64,000 bases of DNA from Patescibacteria group bacterium (GTDB lineage: Bacteria; Patescibacteriota; Minisyncoccia; Phycocordibacterales; JBBTRF01): contig JBBTRF010000001.1 in the NCBI GenBank assembly GCA_038065315.1, positions 592,458 through 656,457 of the forward strand. Reading direction: 5' to 3'. The notes beneath the pieces were generated by a model, which saw only the letters and a list, made by a program, of their open reading frames with translations, searched no databases and was not told where the DNA came from. Position numbers and translations under genes: made by a program. Numbering within the stretch: position 1 is the first letter of the stretch; each line of letters begins with the position of its first letter. Below, piece by piece: positions 8,994 to 17,183 of the stretch.

Positions 8994-9497
8994 CTAGAAC
9001 CCCAAATACTCCAAGATCATCTGCGTCAAAGACTCGGAGAGCTGTTCTTCTTGCACGTGCTGGAGCATGGCCTGGCGCGCTTCGTCGATGGTGACATCGC
9101 CGAGAGGAATCACGATGAGCGGCATCAGGGTCTTGAGAGATTTGATCAGCAGTCGAGGTTCGCCTTCGCCGATCTGTTGCACCCAAAAAGATTCGAGGGA
9201 ATTGTGCAGATACAGGCTGCCGTGGCTCACCACGCCTTTTTCATTGATCTCAAATTCCACAATACGCGGCGGTCGTTTCGAGAGAATCGTGAGAGACGCG
9301 CCGGCGATCACCATGAGGATGGCGAGCATGGTGTTGTCGAGCAACACCGAGGTGGCCGCGATCGCTACGATAATAATCCACAACGCCCAATACCAATCAG
9401 TCGTTTTGGGCTGGTATGAATACTCATAGGCTTGCCAGCGGAGCGTTTGCGGGGCGTAGCTAGGCAGGGAGTTGGCTGTGTGGCTGGCTGTCTGCAT
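8994..9497 (-). CDS. hypothetical membrane protein (167 aa)
   Basis: two TM helices; overlaps VKOR gene start in operon arrangement. Confidence 0.5.
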   Translation of the reverse strand: MQTASHTANSLPSYAPQTLRWQAYEYSYQPKTTDWYWALWIIIVAIAATSVLLDNTMLAILMVIAGASLTILSKRPPRIVEFEINEKGVVSHGSLYLHNSLESFWVQQIGEGEPRLLIKSLKTLMPLIVIPLGDVTIDEARQAMLQHVQEEQLSESLTQMILEYLGF

Positions 9498-9921
9498 TGA
9501 GCAATTTTATCACAAAAAGTCCGAGCACAAACAAAGCGGTCGAAGTGATGGCTGAACCCATGCACCACAGGCAGATTGCTTTGAGCACGAAAAGTTGGAT
9601 GCCGACGAAGTAGAGGGAAGCGAGGAAGCCGGACCAGGTGAGGTAGCTCGTGTATCGAAGCAGCCGTCGGTCCGCTTTTTCGATGGAGACGATCGAGAGG
9701 ATGAGGATGGCGAGGTAGTAGAGTGCGCCAAGAAGGGCCACGGGTACGCCGGCGATCTCGGAATAGGTGCTGGTGGTCACGACATCACAACCCTCTACCA
9801 GGCCGCACGGGATTGGCGTTTTTAGATAGTGGGCGACGGTGAGATAGCTCGCATCGAGAAAGCCGAGGATGGCCACGATGATGAGCGCCCAGACATATTT
9901 TTTGAGAGAAGGGGAAAGCAT
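9460..9921 (-). CDS. vitamin K epoxide reductase (VKOR) family protein
   Basis: TPIPCG..GCD and CLWC (CxxC) motifs, 4 TM helices. Confidence 0.8.
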   Translation of the reverse strand: MLSPSLKKYVWALIIVAILGFLDASYLTVAHYLKTPIPCGLVEGCDVVTTSTYSEIAGVPVALLGALYYLAILILSIVSIEKADRRLLRYTSYLTWSGFLASLYFVGIQLFVLKAICLWCMGSAITSTALFVLGLFVIKLLNADSQPHSQLPA

Positions 9922-9953
9922 GGGATGAAAGGTACTATTGGTCGGTTGGCGGA

Positions 9954-10646
9954 TTATTTTGTCGCAGCGGTGCTCGTGCTCATGCCAGCCGCGGCAAAGA
10001 TCGCATCGCGGAATTCGCCGTAGCTGCGGGGCGAAAGCTTGGTGTTGTTGAGGAAGAAGCTCGGGGTGGAATCCACACCGAAGCCGACGCCCTGGTCGAA
10101 GCTGTCCTCGATCTTGTCGATGATCGCGTTGTCGTTGATATCCTTGCCGAAGGTGTCAATGTTGAGCTTGAGCTTCTGTGCGTAGCCGGCAAAGATGGCG
10201 ATCGCGTCGGTCTTCGACTTTTCAGACCAATCACGCTGATGTTCGTAGATCATGTCGTGCATCTCCCAAAACTTGTCCTGCTTGCCAGCAGCTTCGGCCG
10301 CCTGTGCAGCGATGCGAGCATTGGCATGCTGTTGGAGCGGGAAGTGTCGGAAGATTACGCGGAGATTGTCGCCCAGCTCTTTTTCGATCGAAAGTACGAC
10401 CGTGTGAAAGGTGGCGCAGGCCGGGCACTGGAAGTCGCCGTATTCAATGAGGGTGGTGGAGGCGTTTGGATTGCCGCGAATCCAATCGGACGAGCTGACA
10501 GAGGGGAGGATGTTCACTGTCTGCACAGGGTTTGGCGTGCCGGAATTGGTGACCGACGCGAGCTTCACCATGGCCGCTACGACGCCGACGAGAACGACGC
10601 CGACAAACACCCAGAGCCAGATCGTGTAGTTTTGTTCTTGTTTCAT
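9954..10646 (-). CDS. DsbA-family thiol:disulfide oxidoreductase (thioredoxin fold, FQCPAC active site)
   Basis: CPxC motif, N-terminal TM anchor; TATAAT 8 nt upstream of ATG at 10646 (ORF could extend to 10667). Confidence 0.8.
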   Translation of the reverse strand: MKQEQNYTIWLWVFVGVVLVGVVAAMVKLASVTNSGTPNPVQTVNILPSVSSSDWIRGNPNASTTLIEYGDFQCPACATFHTVVLSIEKELGDNLRVIFRHFPLQQHANARIAAQAAEAAGKQDKFWEMHDMIYEHQRDWSEKSKTDAIAIFAGYAQKLKLNIDTFGKDINDNAIIDKIEDSFDQGVGFGVDSTPSFFLNNTKLSPRSYGEFRDAIFAAAGMSTSTAATK

Positions 10647-10674
10647 GAGGGGATTATAGCAGTGCATGACGCGC

Positions 10675-10704
10675 TTGACAAAATGGTATCAAGTGGTGTA
10701 TAAT
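10675..10704 (+). promoter_or_regulatory. consensus sigma70 promoter TTGACA-18-TATAAT upstream of DGR target gene
   Basis: -35 10675-10680, -10 10699-10704. Confidence 0.5.
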
Positions 10705-10834
10705 ACATCCAGCTAAGAAGCGCTCATTTACAGGCTTTTTGCGAACGCTATGGCGATAAGGTAGCCCTCTAACGTGCAGCCAACAAAAACAAGCGTGCCC
10801 TCGAAAGAGCGGCATTCATACTGGAGATATCCAC

Positions 10835-11506
10835 GTGAATAGCAACGACACCACAGTCCCCGCAACAGCAGCTTACACCACCGAACAGCGCGAGAAATTC
10901 GAACTCCTTCTGCAGCAGAAGGGTATCGTGCCCGTCACCTTCCAGCTCCGCCTGGAATGCGGCATTCTGGCCGATCTCCTCGACCCTCGCGCGGACCTCA
11001 CCAAGCGCCTCGCGGTCCGTGCAGCGCTCGGCCTCGGTCCGCTGCCCTCAGAACCCGGCTCCCACATCGTGGACTACAGCCAGGCGCTCGAGGTCATGGT
11101 CGCGGCTGGCAACTACGACTGGACGAACGACGGCATCACGCCCAAGTGCTTCCCGATCGTTGGCGAAGGCAAGGTTGAATTCGAAGACGCCCTCTTCCAC
11201 TTCGACAAGGACGTCTCCTCGGCGGCTGCGATCGCGCAGATCTGCGCCGCCGACCCGGCCAATCCCTGGGAGCCAGCCAAGATCGAAAACATCCTCGCTT
11301 ACGGGGCCAAGAACCCCGAGGAGCAGCGGAAGTTCCCGATAATCGCGCTCGGCTCCGTCGCGGAGGTCCGTGGCGGCCGCCGCGTGCCGTATCTCGGCGG
11401 GGACGGTTCCGTGCGCAGCCTCGACCTCGGATGGTTCGACGGCGGCTGGGGTGCCAACGACCGTTTCCTAGCGGTTCGCAAAAAGTCTCGGACCTCGGTT
11501 TCTTGA
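10835..11506 (+). CDS. DGR target (variable) protein; C-terminus encoded by VR
   Basis: GTG start with GGAGA RBS; 3' 129 bp matches TR with adenine-specific differences. Confidence 0.8.
   Translation: MNSNDTTVPATAAYTTEQREKFELLLQQKGIVPVTFQLRLECGILADLLDPRADLTKRLAVRAALGLGPLPSEPGSHIVDYSQALEVMVAAGNYDWTNDGITPKCFPIVGEGKVEFEDALFHFDKDVSSAAAIAQICAADPANPWEPAKIENILAYGAKNPEEQRKFPIIALGSVAEVRGGRRVPYLGGDGSVRSLDLGWFDGGWGANDRFLAVRKKSRTSVS
11351..11479 (+). repeat. DGR variable repeat (VR)
   Basis: 129 bp aligned to TR 11873-12001: 22 differences at TR adenines, 1 at a TR thymine, 0 elsewhere. Confidence 0.85.
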
Positions 11507-11513
11507 TCCCTCG

Positions 11514-11525
11514 GCAAGCGCTTGC
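11514..11525. promoter_or_regulatory. perfect palindrome GCAAGCGCTTGC about 35 bp downstream of VR (possible DGR homing hairpin/cruciform)
   Basis: read directly; position analogous to hairpin downstream of VR in characterized DGRs. Confidence 0.4.
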
Positions 11526-11586
11526 GCTTCAGGCCCTTGGCCCCTTGGAATCTTGGACCCTTCGGCCCCGGACAGTCAGTTTCATC

Positions 11587-11627
11587 CCGTGCGTGTGCTT
11601 CAGAGCTACGCACGGTTTTTTCTTTTT
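11587..11627 (+). terminator. rho-independent terminator (CCGTGCGT..ACGCACGG + TTTTTTCTTTTT)
   Basis: 8-bp stem + T-run after target gene. Confidence 0.65.
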
Positions 11628-11872
11628 CGACTTTCGTATATACTATCCAGCGACAAGTGAAAAATCTAAGGTTACGGCTTTGGGTAATTTGTCCGCAACC
11701 CGCGGGGCGAGAGTTCGGGTGGTCACGGCTGTCCGAAGAGTGCCTTGCGGTGTGTCCTTAAAAAATTAGAGACAGTTGGTGCGAGAAACTGGGTGATAGA
11801 ATAATGTCACGAATTCGATACAGTCCCTGCGAAGCTATCGGGGGACAGTGCCACAGATGGTCTCTCGCACAA

Positions 11873-12001
11873 GGCTCCGTCGCGAAGGTCAATGGCAACC
11901 GCAACGTGCCGTATCTCAACAAGGACGGTTCCAAGCGCAACCTCAACCTCAAATGGTTCGACAACGACTGGAATGCCAACTACCGTTTCCTAGCGGTTCG
12001 C
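11873..12001 (+). repeat. DGR template repeat (TR), rich in AAC/AAG/AAT codons
   Basis: see VR; ORF 11804-12022 in the six-frame track is a by-product of TR, not a gene. Confidence 0.85.
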
Positions 12002-12006
12002 TACTT

Positions 12007-12375
12007 TCACGATTTCTCCTGAGAAACTATCTCGGGAGTTTTTTGTAACAGCTGCCGTTTCCAGCCGCCGAGCATCTTGCCGATCTCGGCGAACTTCTCA
12101 GCGAGCACAGCGTATTTTTTGTTGTCCAGAGCCTTTATTTCCCAGGCCAATTGCATTAGCAGCTTGATGAGGTCAACCTTGGAGATACCCCTGTTCAACA
12201 GGGCCTGTTTTTCCGTCGTGTGGGTGTAGCTTGCCATGAAGGTGTACTCGATCGCTTCGAGAAATAGTATGTCTATCTTCGAGCCGATGGTGAAGCGGTT
12301 GGCTTTCGGGAAATGGGTGAGATATTCTTGCCAGATACTATAAACATCCTTGAGCTTCAGTACGACCGGGATCAA
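12007..12375 (-). CDS. Avd-like four-helix-bundle protein (DGR accessory variability determinant family), antisense to RT
   Basis: 122 aa, FPK...EK..L..LA.E...L pattern resembling four-helix-bundle family (TIGR02436); AT-rich. Confidence 0.45.
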   Translation of the reverse strand: MIPVVLKLKDVYSIWQEYLTHFPKANRFTIGSKIDILFLEAIEYTFMASYTHTTEKQALLNRGISKVDLIKLLMQLAWEIKALDNKKYAVLAEKFAEIGKMLGGWKRQLLQKTPEIVSQEKS

Positions 12376-12440
12376 TCTTGGAGATGAGGGGGGGGGTCTT
12401 AACAGGTTGCATTTTGGTTTTTGAATTAAAATAGATAAAC

Positions 12441-13427
12441 GTGTACAACCATATCATTTCTATCGAAAATTTGCTCGAAGCGTGGAAGGAGTTTCTAAAA
12501 GGGAAGCGTCGCAAGAAAGACGTGCAGGATTTTCAATACAGGCTCTCAGATAATATTTTCGCACTTCATCTCGAACTCAAAAACAAGACCTATGTCCACG
12601 GTGGATACCATGCGTTTAACATTTCCGATCCGAAGCCGAGAAATATTCACAAGGCGAGCGTGAGAGATCGACTGTTGCATCATGCTGTCTATCGTCAGCT
12701 TTACCCATTTTTCGATCCGACATTCATCCATGATTCGTATTCGTGCCGCAAGTTGCGGGGTACCCATCGAGCGCTAGAAAGATTCAGGCGTTTTGCCTGG
12801 CAGGCAAGCAAAAATAACACGAAAACTCTTTGGATGTTGAAATGTGATGTGCGGAAATTCTTCGCCTCTATCGATCAAAAAATACTTCTCGACACTTTGC
12901 GGCAGTATCTTCCTGATAAAAATGTTATCTGGCTCATCGGAAGGGTGGTCGAGAGTTTTCAAAGCACTGCTCCGGGGAAGGGGTTGCCACTCGGAAATCT
13001 CACGTCGCAGCTATTGGTGAATGTGTACATGAACGCATTCGACAAGTTCATGAAACAGGGATTGAAAGGGAAATACTACATCCGATACGCGGATGACTTT
13101 GTGGTCATGGACACCGACAAGGAGCGGCTTCATTGGGTGCTGGAAGAAACCGAACATTTCTTGCGAGAAAAATTGGCACTCACTCTCCATCCTGACAAAA
13201 TCAGTATCAGCACGTTTGCCTCGGGTGTCGATTTTCTCGGCTGGGTGCATTTCCCCGATCATCGAGTGCTGCGAACGGCCACGAAGAAGCGGATGTTCAA
13301 GAAGTTGAAAGCCGCTGGACCCGAGTCAAGAATGTCCTACTTGGGAATGCTGAAGCATGGAAATACATTTCGATTGAAGCAGAAAATAGAAACCCCGCCG
13401 TTTGGCGGGGTTTCTCGAAGCCTGTGA
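12441..13427 (+). CDS. DGR reverse transcriptase
   Basis: RT motifs incl. YIRYADDFVV (YxDD) and DGR-diagnostic LPLGNLTSQ (vs QGxxxSP in group II introns). Confidence 0.85.
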   Translation: MYNHIISIENLLEAWKEFLKGKRRKKDVQDFQYRLSDNIFALHLELKNKTYVHGGYHAFNISDPKPRNIHKASVRDRLLHHAVYRQLYPFFDPTFIHDSYSCRKLRGTHRALERFRRFAWQASKNNTKTLWMLKCDVRKFFASIDQKILLDTLRQYLPDKNVIWLIGRVVESFQSTAPGKGLPLGNLTSQLLVNVYMNAFDKFMKQGLKGKYYIRYADDFVVMDTDKERLHWVLEETEHFLREKLALTLHPDKISISTFASGVDFLGWVHFPDHRVLRTATKKRMFKKLKAAGPESRMSYLGMLKHGNTFRLKQKIETPPFGGVSRSL

Positions 13428-13437
13428 AGGCACTGTG

Positions 13438-13522
13438 CGGAGGGGGTGAGATTCGAACTCACGATGCCTTTCGGCATGCCGCATTTCAAGTGCGGTACGT
13501 TAGACCACTCTGACACCCCTCC
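13438..13522 (-). tRNA. tRNA-Ser (anticodon TGA), type II with long variable arm; D-arm pairs poorly
   Basis: manual fold of reverse complement: acceptor GGAGGGG/CCCCTCC, anticodon stem CCGCA/TGCGG loop CTTGAAA, T-arm GTGAG-TTCGAAT-CTCAC. Confidence 0.6.
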
Positions 13523-14496
13523 CTGATACGCTTGTGCTGCCTATGTCGTTGTGGATTTGAACTCCCGACAACCTCCATATACTTGCATATTTCATTGAGA
13601 TTTTCAAGCTGTACGGCCTTGCCGCCCCTCCGGATCTTTGGATGTAAATCGAGAGAGGAAAGTATTTCGTAAAGCTGCTCGATGAGCCCGGGTATATAAA
13701 TGGTGATGTTTAATCTCGCGTAAGAATACTTCCTGTTTTTGTACGAAGAATGAGTCTCCAAAAAGATGCATCCGTCGGTGTCCAGGGCACCCCGCAGGCA
13801 AGCTTTTCGATACTCTTGATTCGCCATAATCCATTCCGGAATTCGCGCATCAGATGTTATTTTACTTCCTACCGAAAAACCACATTCTTTCATGAAAAAG
13901 AGTACGCATTCTCGGCTCGATATTCGGACGTCGCAAGCGCCGTGATTTTCTCGATCGTGCAGGCTGACAGGGATTCCGAAAAGATCTTTGGATAGCGTTT
14001 GAACATATTTTGCATAAGCTCGTTCCTCTTTTGAAAGGGTAATAGTGATCTGATACGGGTTTATGCCGCCGTCACCCAGGATGATTCCTGCGAGTTCGGC
14101 AAGACGGGTGCTATGCTCGGGAGTCTTCATGGTGTGTTTGAAACGCTTTTCGTGCCGACCCTTTCTTTGCCACCAGTCCACCCACGCTTGTTTTCGAACG
14201 GTCTCGCTCACCGGTACGCGGGAGTACTTGGCGATCAAGCCTTCTCCGCCTTTGCTTGAAATGCTCGCTAGATGTTTCTTTTGGTCGAAGGAGGGAAGCC
14301 CTTTTGGCGCAGCTACACCACTCACTATTTCGATTTGTTTTGCTCTAGCTGCATATAGTGGGTAGCGGCCTTCGCGGTATTCTCCCAGTGTTCGTGGATG
14401 GACACCGAGTCGGTGTGCGAATTCGAACAGACTGCCTTTAAATTCAGCCAAAGCTTTTGCGACAAACCTCTTCTGTATATTAGATATATCAGCCAT
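13486..14496 (-). CDS. LAGLIDADG-family homing endonuclease-like protein with N-terminal HTH
   Basis: LAELAGIILGDGG and GALDTDGCIF motifs; 3' end overlaps tRNA-Ser by about 37 nt. Confidence 0.7.
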   Translation of the reverse strand: MADISNIQKRFVAKALAEFKGSLFEFAHRLGVHPRTLGEYREGRYPLYAARAKQIEIVSGVAAPKGLPSFDQKKHLASISSKGGEGLIAKYSRVPVSETVRKQAWVDWWQRKGRHEKRFKHTMKTPEHSTRLAELAGIILGDGGINPYQITITLSKEERAYAKYVQTLSKDLFGIPVSLHDRENHGACDVRISSRECVLFFMKECGFSVGSKITSDARIPEWIMANQEYRKACLRGALDTDGCIFLETHSSYKNRKYSYARLNITIYIPGLIEQLYEILSSLDLHPKIRRGGKAVQLENLNEICKYMEVVGSSNPQRHRQHKRIREGCQSGLTYRT

Positions 14497-14541
14497 GCAT
14501 CCTATTATACCAAAATCATCAGGATGGAGTAGAATGGTCGC

Positions 14542-14925
14542 ATGCGTCACCTAGGTATCGATTTCGGCAAAAAGCGAGTGGGGGTGGCCCTTTCGGACGA
14601 GGCAGGCAATTTTGCTTTGCCGCATAGTGTGCTGGCCAACGATGCGCACCTCGTCGAGCAATTGAAGGCCTTGTGTGCCGAGCAGTCTGTTGGGACGATT
14701 GTGATGGGGGAGTCGAAGGATTTCAAGCAGGTGGCCAATCCAATCATGAAGGCGGCGCTGGTGTTCAAGGCCGAGTTGGAAAAGGCGACTGGCTTGCCGG
14801 TGCATCTGGAGCCGGAATTCATGACCTCGGCCGAAGCGGAGCATCTCCAAGGGAAAAATGCGATGCTCGACGCTTCGGCCGCTGCTCTCATCCTGAAAAG
14901 CTACCTAGAAAAGCATCGGGGCTAA
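14542..14925 (+). CDS. ruvX: Holliday junction resolvase-like protein YqgF/RuvX
   Basis: MRHLGIDFGKKRVGVALSD... RNase H-like fold signature. Confidence 0.8.
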   Translation: MRHLGIDFGKKRVGVALSDEAGNFALPHSVLANDAHLVEQLKALCAEQSVGTIVMGESKDFKQVANPIMKAALVFKAELEKATGLPVHLEPEFMTSAEAEHLQGKNAMLDASAAALILKSYLEKHRG

Positions 14926-14946
14926 TCGGGTATAATATTCACTACT

Positions 14947-15354
14947 ATGGATCCAAAACCAATCACATCGACCGCGGCCACAACTCCCGTACCGACCCCT
15001 GCAGCAGTAGCGCCAAAACCCGTTTTCGCCACCTTCGATGATTTCAAAAAGATCGAAATCCGCTCCGGCAAGATTTTGAGCGCAGAAAAGATTCCAGAGA
15101 CCGACAAACTTTTGAAACTTTCGGTGGACTTTGCTGAAGCGGCACCACGACAGATCGTCTCAGGTATTTCCACATACTTTCCCGACCCGGCCGTGCTCGT
15201 GGGGAAGACATGTATGTTTGTTGCCAATCTCGAGCCGCGCACAATCCGCGGTTTTCAGAGCAACGGCATGTTGTTTGCGGTGTCGACGGCTGATGGAAAG
15301 TTTTCTCTTCTTGAGCCAAACGGCGATATTCCGCCAGGCACTATTGCGAAATAA
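14947..15354 (+). CDS. free-standing tRNA-binding domain protein (Trbp111/CsaA/MetRS C-terminal-like)
   Basis: IEIRSGKILSAEKIPETDKLLKLSVDFAE... OB-fold tRNA-binding signature. Confidence 0.7.
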   Translation: MDPKPITSTAATTPVPTPAAVAPKPVFATFDDFKKIEIRSGKILSAEKIPETDKLLKLSVDFAEAAPRQIVSGISTYFPDPAVLVGKTCMFVANLEPRTIRGFQSNGMLFAVSTADGKFSLLEPNGDIPPGTIAK

Positions 15355-15395
15355 GGGCCGTCGTTTTTTGCGTTCACTTAAACATTTATCTACCC

Positions 15396-16007
15396 ATGGA
15401 ATCATTTCTTTTCCTCCTCGATCCGACATTTCTGGTGAAGACTGCTGGCTTGGCGGGCGTGATTGCTATTGTATTTGCTGAATCCGGTCTGTTTTTCGGC
15501 TTCTTTTTTCCTGGCGATTCGCTCCTCTTCACAGCCGGACTGCTCTCTTCGCAGGGATTGTTGCCGATCGGCTGGTTGCTCATCGGGACGGCGATCGCGG
15601 CGATCCTCGGTGACTCTGTTGGGTATTGGTTTGGCAAAAAGACGGGGCCGGCGATCTTTTCGCGCGAGGATTCGCTATTTTTTCACAAGAAGCATGTTGA
15701 GCGGGCGCAGCGATTTTATGAACTCCACGGCAAGAAGACCATCATCCTCGCGCGATTCATCCCGATTGTCCGCACCTTCGCCCCAATCCTCGCCGGGGTG
15801 GGGAAGATGGACTATCGCACCTTCCTCTCGTACAACATCATCGGAGGCCTCGCGTGGTCGCTCGGCCTCACTTCCCTCGGCTACTTCCTCGGCGGCTTGA
15901 TCCCATCGATCGACCGTTACCTCCTGCCGATCGTGCTTGGCATCATCGCCATCTCCTTCATCCCCATCATTCGCGAGTACCTCCGCTCTCGACGGAACTC
16001 CCAATAG
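15396..16007 (+). CDS. DedA/SNARE-associated family membrane protein
   Basis: FPGDSLLFTAGLL motif, multiple TM helices. Confidence 0.75.
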   Translation: MESFLFLLDPTFLVKTAGLAGVIAIVFAESGLFFGFFFPGDSLLFTAGLLSSQGLLPIGWLLIGTAIAAILGDSVGYWFGKKTGPAIFSREDSLFFHKKHVERAQRFYELHGKKTIILARFIPIVRTFAPILAGVGKMDYRTFLSYNIIGGLAWSLGLTSLGYFLGGLIPSIDRYLLPIVLGIIAISFIPIIREYLRSRRNSQ

Positions 16008-16112
16008 TCCTCTCGACGCTCGCGAGACACGGCGGTATACTAGTAGTGCATGTTGTCCTTTTCTCGATCCTCATTTCTTGGCCGGTATTTTCCGCCGCCG
16101 ACCTTCCTCACG

Positions 16113-17183
16113 ATGCCCGCCGCTGGCGTGGATCTTTCGTATCACTCGATGCGCGTAATTACGTTTAGTCGATCGCACAAAGGCCTCGCCCTCGACAAAG
16201 CCATCACTCGGAGCATTCCGGGCGGCGCTATTTATGGCGACGAAGTGCAATCGAACAAAGAGCTGAAGGACGCGCTCATTGCGGCCAAGAAAGAGCTCGG
16301 CCTATCTTTCGTTCGCGTGACTCTTCCAGAGGACAAAGCCTATATTTTCCGAACCAGCTTGCCACAGATGCCAGCTGCACAGGCCCGACAGGCGATCGAA
16401 TTTCAGCTCGAAGAGAATGTCCCACTTTTGCCGGCCGAAGCGGTGTTTGATTTTGTTATTTTGCCCCCATCTTCAAAATTGGCTACATCTGCACCGAATG
16501 CGACAACGATTGATGTCGTCGTTGCTGTCTTCCCAAAAAAGTTTATCGAAGGTTATGTCGAACTGTTTCGCTCTGTTGGCTTGGTACCTACGGCGTTCTA
16601 TATGAATGCCGATGCCATTGCGCGTTCGATTGTGCGAGAGGGTGACATGGGGACGTATCTTATTACCAATATCGGTACGAAGACCACCGGTATCTATGTG
16701 GTGAGTGAGGGGGCAGTACAATTTACCGCCACCCTGTCTTTTGGCGGAGAGTCACTCACCAAAGCCATCGAAAAACATCTTTCGGTGACTCATGAAGAGG
16801 CCCTGAAGATCAAGCGTGGGGAAGTGATGATGAAGAATCGCGAGGCAGTGGATCTCTTCTACTCGCTCGCGAACACTGCTTCGGCTTTGCGCGACGAAAT
16901 GAATCGCATCGTGTCGTATTGGCAGAGTCATAAAGACAAGAGCGGGGCAGTGGGCAAACCGATCCAGAAGATCTATCTCTGCGGCAGCGGGGCGCACCTG
17001 TCCGGTTTCGATGAATATATTTCTACCACCATGAAGATCGAGACCGAGGTCGGCAATGTCTGGCAGAATGCATTTGCCTTCGAAGATGCTATTCCGCACA
17101 TCACGCGGCCAGACGCCTTGAGCTACGCTTCGGCGATCGGTTCGGCTTTGGCGTCGTTCAATTCTCCCCAATCCCATGTTTAA
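16113..17183 (+). CDS. pilM: type IV pilus assembly protein PilM
   Basis: actin-like ATPase fold signatures; first gene of pilMNO. Confidence 0.75.
   Translation: MPAAGVDLSYHSMRVITFSRSHKGLALDKAITRSIPGGAIYGDEVQSNKELKDALIAAKKELGLSFVRVTLPEDKAYIFRTSLPQMPAAQARQAIEFQLEENVPLLPAEAVFDFVILPPSSKLATSAPNATTIDVVVAVFPKKFIEGYVELFRSVGLVPTAFYMNADAIARSIVREGDMGTYLITNIGTKTTGIYVVSEGAVQFTATLSFGGESLTKAIEKHLSVTHEEALKIKRGEVMMKNREAVDLFYSLANTASALRDEMNRIVSYWQSHKDKSGAVGKPIQKIYLCGSGAHLSGFDEYISTTMKIETEVGNVWQNAFAFEDAIPHITRPDALSYASAIGSALASFNSPQSHV

Larger units (their letters stand above)
10835..13427 (+). mobile_element. diversity-generating retroelement locus (target/VR - TR - avd-like - RT)
   Basis: combination of above features. 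Confidence 0.8.

Noticed and set aside
11804-12022. 72-aa + ORF resembling C-terminus of DGR target
   Set aside because: It is the template repeat (TR) of the DGR translated by chance, not a separate gene.
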